From contig OX597819.1 of the NCBI GenBank assembly GCA_951406725.2, positions 54,188,001 to 54,252,000 of the forward strand: a DNA stretch of 64,000 bases, in the 5' to 3' direction. The DNA is from Octopus vulgaris (lineage: Eukaryota). Below are positions 1-18,860 of the stretch, in pieces (position 1 is the stretch's first letter; each line of letters opens with the position of its first letter). Made by a program: the position numbers and the translations under genes. The notes under the pieces were generated by a model. It saw only the letters and a program-made list of their open reading frames with translations. It was not told the DNA's origin and ran no database searches.

Positions 1-293
1 ACTGTCAAAATACAATGCATATCTAATCACACTTAGGAATTAATCCTGCACTATCAGTCAGCTTAAAAATTTTGATGCTGAGTGTTTAATTTTAGAATGA
101 TGTGAGGTACATCTGAAAGGCCAGTTTTAACATAAGACATGTAGAATATTATGGCCAGTTTAAATTTATTCCAATTGTTTCTGTAAACAGGCCCTCAACA
201 TAATGTGTAGAAGAATATCTATTTCTATCAAGTATTGGCAAGATATATATATACACACACCGAACTCTAAAAGTATCTTTACATTACTTGCAG

Positions 294-1340
294 CTTTGAA
301 TTTGATTGAGAAAATGCTGACTGTCAACTCCAGTCAACGAATAAGTGCAGAGGATGCACTACAGCACCCCTATTTAAAGAGTTACTGCTGTCCCTCTGAT
401 GAACCAATAGCAACACAACCCTTTTTTATTGAACATGAAGTAAGTAAACCTATTACTTAAAAAAAAAAACCCAAAAGGTACTTCAATATATTAAATTATG
501 CTACTCTACTTTCAGGTTGATGAACTGTCTCCTAAAGCACTGTGCCATTATATAACAGAACTGCAAGGAAAACAATTTTCAACTGGCTCAGAATACTTGC
601 CAAAACATTTAAACATTTATTGTGAAGACAATAGCCTACAACCAATTCCATCCCACAGAGATACAGCCAAATCTCGGAAGTCTGAAGAACACAGAAGTAA
701 AAAACCCGAAATGATCCATGAACACAAAAGAGAAAAAAACAAAGAGCAATGTAATATATCAAATATGCAACGATCACCCGATTCTGCTAATCACCCACTA
801 TTAAAGAAGCCACAGAAACAACATCCAGCAAAATTAAATATTAAGAAACCAAATCAAAGCAAGTCATCTAATATAAATGATAGTTTTTATGAAATAAAAG
901 TAAAAGATAGAGTGAATCTAGAACGCAAAAGTGAAACTCATACTGGAAGGCAGCAAACAGGAAGCAGACGAACAGCATCTTTTCTAAGCCCTAAAGAACA
1001 ACTGCTATCAGCAACTGAAGCAGACTCATTGAAATATGCTGCAGAAAAGAACCAATGTGAAAAAAAGCAAACTCGTCAAAAGTCAGGAGGAAGTTGCGAC
1101 TTTGACAGTCGTTACAGACTTCCAACTGAACATCTAACTAGACAGAACAAGCAAAGCCAGAGCCTTTGCAACCGTCCATTAAAATTGAATCCCCATATCC
1201 TAGCAAACAAATTTGAAAAGCTAATTATATGGGACAATGAAAACATTACAAATGATGCTGATCAGAACTATGGTCCATTACCAATAAAACAAAAAAACAG
1301 AAAAGACCAAGATAACAGTTCAGAAAGTGATGACTCTTAA
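294..1340 (+). CDS. 3' part (exons 294-439 and 516-1340) of an atypical MAP kinase, ERK3/ERK4 (MAPK6/MAPK4)-like; 5' exons lie upstream of the window
   Basis: Splice sites TTGCAG|294, 439|GTAAGT and TTTCAG|516 join in frame; TAA at 1338-1340. The peptide ALNLIEKMLTVNSSQRISAEDALQHPYLKSYCCPSDEPIATQPFFIEHEVDEL is kinase subdomain XI plus a CP.DEP...PF.IE.E.D segment matching the ERK3/4 FHIEDE/FRIEDE region, followed by a long low-complexity tail as in ERK3/4. Confidence 0.8.
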
Positions 1341-1844
1341 CTCTTCAGAAAAATTTATATTGAACATAACAGTATTTTAGTGAACATTTCTATCAAATCA
1401 CTGAACCAGAATCTCTGGTACACTAAATAACATTGAACAATCAACATGTTTTCAATAAAACTGGTACAATTAAAACTGACTGCACCAACAGTGGTATACC
1501 AGAACTGATAAGCAAACCTGTATGGACATTTATTGAAATGTGCCTGAACATTACTGCTCCATGCATATCTCCCACAAAACAATGTATTTAAAAGGAAAGG
1601 TATTTTTATGTGTGCTCATTCCTTATAAATTAATGTAAATTTGATTTTCAGTCCTGGTATCACACTTAAGGTAAATATAACCATAAATAAATAATAAAAA
1701 AGTTGTTGAAGAAAGGTTTGTTTTTTTAATTTGTCACAAGCTAGTACATAAGCTTTTGGATTGGAACCACCCCCAAAAATATTCGCAGAGGTCAAAGAGC
1801 TTTGTTGTTAGTGCTTCATTACATGAGCTAAATCACTAATCAAG

Positions 1845-9673
<7,829 letters not shown>

Positions 9674-9734
9674 TTTGGATTGTTTTCGATTCTGTTCACC
9701 AGCACCGAAATAACTACTACCTAATGGAAGAACT

Positions 9735-9800
9735 CAGTCTGAAAAGGACGTAGGCAGATCACGTGAGATTTAATACCGGAATGGCGTATGAAATCTCGAG
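9735..9800 (-). promoter_or_regulatory. EEF2 core promoter: TCT/5'TOP-like initiator near 9746 with upstream E-box and Ets-like sites
   Basis: The minus strand reads GTCCTTTTCAG about 73 nt upstream of the ATG, as expected for a TOP mRNA. Palindrome TCACGTGA at 9759-9766 and CCGGAA at 9776-9781. Intron 1 also has TGACGTCA (9347-9354) and AAGATGGC (~9185). The start site itself is inferred. Confidence 0.6.
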
Positions 9801-11668
9801 TCATAAATTTCAAGCTGAATCAACAATGTTTTATAATTTTTGATAATTTATACAAATTATTAAGACTATATCAAATAGAAAATCAAAATGCTGCCTTAAA
9901 ACAAAAAATATTGTAATTACATTTGTCGTCTGATGGCAGCACACTGCACATTCAAACTGGCCTTGTCGCTCCTAACAATGGCTTAGTAATGATATACTCG
10001 TTGATTAATGAATGACACATAAAGGTAAGCAGTTTTCTCATTCCGTGCACACATGATAATTTTACGAATATTCAACAAGACTTTTCTCTCGATATTTTTT
10101 CATTAGCATACTATCAGAACAAGCTAAACATATTCGCTTTATTAATTAAAATTGTGGATTTTGCTTGCGTTGTGTAGGTTTTTAAAGTCTTCGCTTGGAT
10201 ACAGGGTTTGGATATATCTTTCTTGTCGCCTTCTCTCACGACCAGAGGCTATAAATGAATAAAATTATGTTTCTCTTCTCATTCTTTACAAGAAACATTA
10301 GTAGAATGTATGTTGGGTTAGTTAGACAATTTATCGGGATGACAGATGGTCTGCTCTAACTACTTTTTTTTGTAATGCAAAGATAAAATATCTTTTTCGT
10401 TTTCCTTTCCTTACTTTAGTAAGTAAACAAATCAACCACTCCTTAAAATTTCACAGTATGTCGATAAAAATGCTGTTGGGAGCGAACATTCTTTACTTGC
10501 TTATGTATACGGATTTTTATGGGGATCCACCTTTTTAGCTTCTCATCTAATTTCAATATGAATGTATGTATATTTGTCGCAGTTGATGGCTTTTATCGGT
10601 TTTGGTGCAACATCTGACAGCTTCATCCACGCTAGCCGATTATATTCATTTTCTTTATTTCTTCAGTTATAAGTTTAGAAAAAATGTGAACGGAAGAAAA
10701 CTTATTTTCCTTTTAATTACAACTTCCTTAGGTATCTATGTATTTTTTTGCAAGTGGAAATTTGTGTTTAACATCTGATAGAGCAACTCCTACTTGCTAA
10801 GCTTTACCCCTATCCCGATGGCTACCTTCAACGAAGTTAATAAGCTATGCATTCATCTGCTGAATGTAGGGACCAAGTAAAGAATTCGTTTATATTTTCT
10901 TCACCTCGTCCACTCTAGATGCTGGTATTATTTATTCCCTCAGATTTAAGTAATAACTTTTTCCTAGGAAACTATTTATAAATAGGACATATGTTTACAC
11001 ATGCATTTACACACGAATCCAGAATATAGTCAGAGGGAAAACTTCAATAAATAATTGATGTAATATTTTACCCCTGATTTATTGTTGTATTTCAAATATT
11101 GAATAAAATGTGACTTTTATTCCACTTACGTATAATATCATTATATAAATTGTGTTGTCATTGTGTACAAATCCTGTTATTGTCGGTTAAATAAGCGAAC
11201 TATTATTATTATGGAATTTTATTGAAATGTGACATTTTAACTGTGTCTTTTTCCGTTCACCTTCACAAACTGTATTTATTCTGTATTTGATATATATTTA
11301 TATAAATAATTTACCCAAAAGACTAAGTATTGTTTCATTCCTAACAATATGCATTCAGTACTATGTATTAACGATTATACTTTTTTATCAGAGTCGGATT
11401 AAACAAAACAAAACAACGATTACACATCAATGGATAGAAAAAAAAATCTCAGGTTGCCGTCATTTTGTTCAATATTCTTTTCGAATTTATTCAAATTAAA
11501 CAGTACCTTATACTGTTTAAGCCTAGATATATTTAGGAGTTTTCATTTTTATTGTACATTACATCTTTTGTCCGGAGTACAGTTAGCTACATCCATTTAA
11601 AAGAAAGAAATATAAAATAATATCGAATGCGTATCTTCGCTTAAAACGTGAACGTTTCATTGACACAG

Positions 11669-11709
<41 letters not shown>

Positions 11710-12222
11710 AAATATACATTTCCCGTAGGATTAAACCGTTTATAATTACAATTTTTGCATGTATGAATGTGTCGCATACATATGCTTTAACATTTTAGCT
11801 GCATATTTTAAGGCTGCTTGATGTATTAATCTGGAAGGGTTTTATACGAATGGGTCAGACCATCTTAGATGTTTAATGCGTTTAAGCAATCCACAAGTGG
11901 TCTTTTTAGCATTTACATTGCATCACGAGATGATCACAGCCTTCGGTAGTTATCACGATTTTTATCTGTTGACATAGTGATGAGAATTCCAAACGTTCTT
12001 CCCAGAGAGATGAATTGCAATATAAATATGACCTCAATGAGTGTTCAGACTATTGCATTCTGAAGTTGAAAGTCGAAGTAGAGAACAAGGATTTTTTAAA
12101 ATATGTGCGAAATATGATATGTTTCTGTTTTCAAATCGGATTGCTGAAGTATTGAACATGCCTTCCAACTTTAATTACCGGTAATGTTATATCTTCACTT
12201 GCGCTCTCTCATAGATAGATAG

Positions 12223-12436
12223 ATATAAAGGTAGATATAGCCAGTCTATGGGGTTACCCTGGGTTTCACGTCCATAAAACGCTTAGCTTTACTGCGTTCC
12301 TTTAGACCCTAATCCCGTTGGCTTCTGAGGCCATAGTCCAACAGGTTTAGGGTCTGAAGAAACGCTGTAAAACTAAGCGCTTTATGGACGTGGAACACAG
12401 GGTAACCCCATAGACCGGCCATATCTATCTTTATAT
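12223..12436. repeat. Long imperfect inverted repeat (99-bp arms, 16-nt spacer), probably Penelope-like pLTR-derived
   Basis: Arms 12223-12321 and 12338-12436 are reverse complements with 12 mismatches by manual alignment. Origin is inferred from the hammerhead-like motifs (see findings). Confidence 0.9.
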
Positions 12437-12491
12437 ATTCTACTGCTCTATAACTTAGTGTGCTTCTTTCTCGGATTTATTATGATTTACT

Positions 12492-12531
<40 letters not shown>

Positions 12532-13759
12532 AGTAAATCTTTTGTTTATTTCCGTAAACCTGCCTTCGTCTTTTGTCTATTTTCATAAAGCTTCCCGTTA
12601 TATATATATATACACACACACACACATCAGTTTGATACCAAATCAGTTTCATTTAAACTACCTACTTTAAGAGGGTTTATCCTTCCTACTCAGATTTTTC
12701 GTGTTTAATAAATCCTAAGTGACCTGTTATGACATTTATTTATTTCGTTTAACTTTAACAATTGTAAAATTTAAATAAAAAAACGTGGTCTTAAAAAATA
12801 TTGAGGATGATAACGATTTCTTCTGGCAAGTCATTTAAAAAGAGAATACAGTTGATCGATATCAGTATATTACTGATATTTTATCGACTCTAAACAGCAG
12901 TTGAACGGGAACTTAATTCATTTAGTCTGCATTATTACGACTAACCTTTTGCGCAGGGTCAGTATTTATAAAGAAGAAGTGGTTGATTGAATCTACCTGT
13001 AACTGGTCGCTTGAACTGCTAGAAATAGAAGCTAAATGAAAAGTATACATTTGGATAATGTATTCCATGACACGTAATACTTGGGAAGGATGTACAAGGC
13101 ATGGTTGGAACAATTTTGATCATGTCCACTCAGTGAGAGCTAACTTGATGCTGAACAGTTAACTACTGATGCTTATTTGGCCATCTTGACTAGGATCTTA
13201 CTGAAACTTATATTCAGCGATCTCAGCGAGATCCGAACTCAGAATCTAGAGGAGGGTAAAACTGAGCACTAAAGACATTTAGACTTGTGTTATTCTACTA
13301 CCTCCACCACCAGAACCATTTCCAATAATTTTTTTTTTTTGCACCGGCCCAGTCTTATAAAAGGTACAAAGAAGATAAGTCAATTGAATCCTTTTATCGA
13401 CTTTTGTTGAAGAAACGTCAATACCGGTGAGAATTGAAGATAACAATACTAAATACATTTAAAAATGTAATCTGTTGCTTTATCAATTATCCACGCCATC
13501 TCCTTTCATCGGAGGTTTGTTTTGAGCAATGAAGGTATTAGTTAATAAACAAGAGAAATTTAGTGAAAACATTGACCCTGTGTGAAGCTGAAATTCGTTT
13601 ATATATATATATATTTTTTTTTTTTTTATATCTCTCATCACGTTTATCCTTTAGATAAGATTCTTCAATCTCTACAGTTAAGCGATCTTAATATTTCAGA
13701 GAAAAAATGCAGTTAAAATTTTCATTTCAATCCTACACGGATGTAAATTTAATTTGGAA

Positions 13760-13910
13760 AGTCATCGCTGGATTTGTTAGCGTAGCGTTTTCAGTTTGCG
13801 GAACACGACCAAACTCAGCTGTAATCGACAGGAAGTTTATAGAATGTCTGTTGAAGTATACGAGGCCTTACTTGAACAGGTGGTGATAAATAACAAATCA
13901 AGTTAGGTTT
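13760..13910 (+). promoter_or_regulatory. Probable promoter and first exon of the large + strand (Mint/APBA-like) gene
   Basis: CpG-containing patch with an initiator-like TCAGTT (~13790) and candidate donors CAG|GTGGTG (13879/80) or AG|GTTTAT (~13906), followed by T-rich intron-like DNA. CpG becomes scarce downstream of ~14.5 kb. Linkage to the 31-kb exon is inference. Confidence 0.45.
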
Positions 13911-14549
13911 ATTTATTTATTTATAAGAGATCCGTTTTATATACATAAGTGTTTTAGGATTCACCTGAATTGCATTCTTTCAACCTTTTCCACCCTCGGT
14001 AGGATTTTGAGAAAGCAATGGAAAAGCTTCCAGTTGGTATATGCGACAGCTTCTGAGACTCCTGCTTTCATCTTTAGACAGAAGTGTGTTTGGTGGTCGC
14101 AAATTTGTGACTGTTCCAGACATTCCCATTGAGATAGTTAAATATTATTCAGTTGTTGATTATCAATCAAATAGATAGGTCAAGGCTTTAGTGTTTATTC
14201 CTAAACTACTCTGATTATGGCATGTTTAGTGGTGGTTGGTACATTAATCTCAGTTTTCTTGCTTCTGCTGATAATCCCAAAATTCATCATTCATTCTTTT
14301 TACGCCCGTTTTCCTTGCTGGTATAAAATCATTTTATTTTTTTTATTTTTGTCAGTTCTCCAGAAGACTAACTAGTGTCATAGAACTAGCAAAAGTATAT
14401 TGTAGTTGAAAACTTGTCAACAAGGCTTTGAAACTCGTTATCTCTATATGAAAACGATCTGAAATCATTGGGCCTGGATGTTACTATTTTTGGATTGGAA
14501 ATATATATATATTTTTTCTTCTTTGATTTTGCAGAGGTTTATGCAAGCT

Positions 14550-16200
14550 AATAAGAATGTAAACAAGATTGTGGTGGTGATGCAAACCTTCATTTATGAG
14601 AAAACTTTTGGACTGTTACCAGTCTAATAAACCTTCTTGCTCTTACGTCTATGTTTTTGCCAAGATAGTCTAGAATTTATCAAAGGAAATGGTGGCAAGC
14701 ATTTTAGTCAGGGCAAGAAATTCTTTTGATGCCAACATTTTACTTGATGCACTTTTGTAGCATATGGCAGAGTGGTTTTAACATTTTTGTGTCCTAACAA
14801 GAATAGACAGCTTATGTGCTTTGATTTTCAAAGTAATTTAGAATTTATTGGGGTTCAATAAAATCACATGAAACTATGATACAACTTATTGAAATCATTT
14901 CTGAGTTGTGTAATAATAATGTTTGTCAATATTTTGATATGATTGCTTTAATAGGGGCTTGAGTGGGATTGAAAGTGTTAGTAAAGACATCTATGTAACA
15001 TTACATTATTTTGGTGAGAATTTAGATTGGGTAGGAAGATTCCACTATTACCCATCTGTTTGTAAATTGTTGGAAAGCAAGGCATTATTTGGCTGTATTG
15101 AGAAGTCTATTTGTTAGCTGCATAAAAAGCTCATGAAATAGGTCTAAGGAAAGTTTCTGGAATACTATCTCTACTTGAAGTTTTGGAATATACTCCAGAT
15201 TTCCTGCTGAGAATAATTTCTTCTAGATCATGTACATGGTTAATTTTTGCTTCATAGCATTATATTTTTGTTGAAATTGTTGATTCAAAATTTTCTGCTA
15301 AGTCTTTCTTTAGTACCTTAGAAAGGACTTATCTCTCACTTATGTGTGTTACATAATTACTGAATTGTTCAACACTTGGAAAATGGAACTAACAACTAGT
15401 TTTTTTCCTGCCTGTAAGAAGCTTTTGTATCATGAATATTTGAATCTCTTGTGATTTCTCTTTTGAGCATTGTTAGCAGATGCTTTTTTTAATTTTTTTT
15501 TTATCTGCTTTGAATCTTACAAGCTTAGTAAAAGCTGATTTGTGAATTGAGATATTTCTGTTCAGTATTTGCTGTTTTGCAAAGTGCTTTTTTTTGATGA
15601 GTACTGACAGTCTGTGTGATACTTTTGCAAATCTTTCTGTCTGTTTTTCTTTGACATTAAGAGAACTTTCTTTGTTGTGTTACACACTATGTTCTAGAGC
15701 CAGTTCTGCTTTTTACTTATTTCTGTGTTTCAAATTGTACTGGATGAGTGTGAATAATTGATTTCTAGTTTTTATTTTATTTTATTTATTTATTTATTTT
15801 TTTTAGTGCTGTGGCATCAATACTTTTTGCAGGCCTTGATTAGCATAAAACTGCTCCTTAACTAAATCAGTTAGTCATTGTGAGATTAAACATGCAAATG
15901 TTGGATAGATAGCATTTCTTATTGATCAGTGCAATATTGCATGGGATAAATAAATGTTTGGAGTTTAACAACTTAATAACATTCCATGTCAGCTATTGTT
16001 AGACATCTCTAGAAATTGGTATAGCTCCTTGTCTGCTAGAGGATTCGCAAAGTGCAGTAATGCTGATGGTGTATCATTGTAATTCTATCCTGATTAACCC
16101 TCTGAACCTGTAAGTATGCTTTAGTAGGTGTATTTTCATTTAACTATACTTCTGGAATTGGCTAAAGTGAGCAACCATATATGATTTCGGGTTTAGAGTT
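14550..16200 (-). mobile_element. Highly decayed non-LTR retrotransposon remnant
   Basis: The minus strand shows only faint RT-like traces broken by many stops; family not assignable by eye. Confidence 0.35.
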
Positions 16201-17018
16201 GGAAGTAACAATATTTTTTTCTAATTAACAAGCTGCTAAAGTGAACTCATGAGTTCAAAAGGTCAAGTGCTAATCTGAGTTGTGTTGACTGGTTTGTTTG
16301 TTATTGGTCAGATTTTCCATTTTGAATTTTTTAGTGTTCTGTTTAATATTTGACTATTGACTATTAACTGATCAGGTTTTGTAAAGCAAGAAATGCCTAG
16401 TGTACTTCTAAGTCTGGTGGTAAAAAAAAAAGTACACACAAACACAAAAAAAACCCCATGATCTGGAGCTAGTCTCAGGCTGCAGGATAGTTCAAATGCT
16501 TGCAATAGAGTGGCTATCATTCCAGCCAAGGTACACAAGGAATAGGTGGTGATGTAAAACTGGGTGATAAAGTGTACCAATGAATATACTTAAAGGTGAG
16601 TTTTAGAGAAAAATTTGGTGATGGAGGAGGTGAGGAAACAGTAATTAGCTATGCTACAGCATAGCCTAGTCACTTAGATGATGAGAGAAACTTAAAGAGA
16701 GAAAAATGGTGAGTTCTTGTACAAATGTATATATAGTAATACACCAGCACAGCAGTAATATATTTTATCTGTCATGGTAGTAGAGATAAACAAACTCTAA
16801 AAAGATTTAAAAGTCAGAAACTAGTCATTTTGATATTTATTCTCTGCTTTATGAAAAAAAAATCTTTATTAATCAGAGGGATTGTGGTAGTGCTCAATGC
16901 CTTTGTAGAAACTCCATAATTACAAAATTATTGTTCCCAGTGGTCCTTATCAACATACATTATCGTTATTGGTGGTTGAGATGACAGATAATCTGGATTA
17001 AGGATGCTTTTTTTTTAA

Positions 17019-17080
17019 AAGTGTATATGTTAATTGTAGGGTCTCAGTAGCCTGAGACCCTACAATTAACATATACACTT
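17019..17080. repeat. Perfect palindrome, 29-bp arms with a 4-nt loop
   Basis: AAGTGTATATGTTAATTGTAGGGTCTCAG-tagc-CTGAGACCCTACAATTAACATATACACTT. Confidence 0.95.
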
Positions 17081-18371
17081 ATAATCTCCATAAAATTATT
17101 CTTGATGAAGGCTTTCCCGTTCCACTAAATAATGTTAATAATAGTTGAGGGTCACTGAATATGTTCGGTGTTTTGTATGTAAATATGCTAGAAATAATGT
17201 AACATTTAATCCTGGAGTTGTCTATCAACATAGAATGTTATGCATACCTTCAACTTCTGATACCACTCATCAGAAATGTCTTTTTTTTTTTAAAGTTTTG
17301 TATTAGATCTATCTTAGTGTCTAAATATGGTATGAAGCTCTCAAGACATTTGAATAAATTCTAAAATAAATTACAACATTAATCTCATCCTCCATTGGAT
17401 TCTTTGATTTTAAATAGTGAAACCTAAATAGTCTCTCATCAAAAATACATGATTTTAGCCTATCATAAACTACAATATCAGCTGCTATATTACTTACATC
17501 AGACTTGAAAAGTCTACACATGATTTCCTGAAACTCTTTACTGATATCCTCTGGAAGAAGCAAATGTTATGATGTCACAATAGATCTAATTCTGCTCAAT
17601 GATAGCTCATTTTAAGATCTAGTTTTGGAAGGAAGCATGGTCTTTTCAAGTTTCTCAGTATTGCTCCATTAGTAGATATTGAATATAGACTCTGTAGGTT
17701 CACACAGTAATGAACACAACTCTTTTTCTAAGGTATTGCGACTAACTGTGAAACTCTTGTGAAGCCATCAACATTCTCAATGATATCTGATTTTTACAAA
17801 CTCTAAAATTTCTTCAGCTTGTTCCTGTATACAAAATAGTATTTGTTTCATAGGTTTATTACTGTTTTTATATCATGGCTGATTGATTATTTTAACATAA
17901 ATTACCAATGTTTATAATACTTCAAGGAATTGTTTTGTGATTAAATCATCTTTTACTGTTGAAAGAGTATTGACATAGTTTTATTTTAATCAAAACAAGT
18001 GAAGAAACTGTTTCATGACCTAGTAAATAGCTGCCAGTTATTCATTGATTTAGTTAAAAAAAAAATATCCTACAAATATGATGGATTGTGTCGTGAATGG
18101 TTCTGAAGTAAAACTAGAGGTTTTAGTTGAGCCATAGGTAAACATCTAGGCTTTGCGTGATTGAATAATTGTTTCAGGGTTCCATCCCTTCATTTTATTG
18201 AATGTTGCTTTATCAATGATGTGACTATTCCATCAATTTTTATTTGTCTTAGTTTGGGAGAGTGTAGGACAAAATGCTTTGTGCTCTGAGTTAAGACCTT
18301 GCTGAGGTCAACTTTGTCTTTCATACTTTCAGAGCAGCATAAAATAGAGTAGAGATCAAGAATGTTAGACA

Positions 18372-18860
18372 CATCATCATCATCCTTAAATGTTCACTTT
18401 TCCCATGATGGTGCCATGTAAAAGTGTCCATGCTAGTGCCACATAAAAAGCATCCAGTACACTCTGAAGTGGTTGGCATTAGGAAGGGCATCCAAACATA
18501 GAAACCATGTCAAAATAGACAATTGAAACCTGGGCAGCTCCTTAACTGGCCAGTTCCTGCCAAACTATCCAGTTGATGCCAGCATGGAAATGGAACTTAA
18601 ATGATGATGACTTTCCATACTTGCATCAGTCAGATGGAGTTTGTTGAGGTAGATTTTCTATAGCCAGATGCCCTTCTTGTCACCAGCTATCACTTGTTTT
18701 CAAGGAAGGTAATATTTCCCCATTGCTGGACATGTTTTTTCACAAGAGACTTTCTAGATATTGATCAATCTGAGACTATAGTAGAAGACACCCAATGTGC
18801 TATGCAGTGGAGTTGAACCTGAAACCATGTGGTTGCAATGTGAACTTAACCATACCATCC
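18372..18860 (-). mobile_element. tRNA-derived SINE (-) interrupted by an RTE-tail-type insertion (+, ~18395-18610)
   Basis: (CAT)n tail at 18372 and a B-box-like head (GGTTCAACTCC on -) near 18810-18860. The insert carries ttggcattaggaagggcatcc, ends in aaatgatgatga and is flanked by cttttcccat/ctttccat. Confidence 0.65.

Noticed and set aside
12300-12355. Telomere-like CCCTAA/TTAGGG
   Set aside because: A single copy in each arm of the inverted repeat; not an array or a template region.
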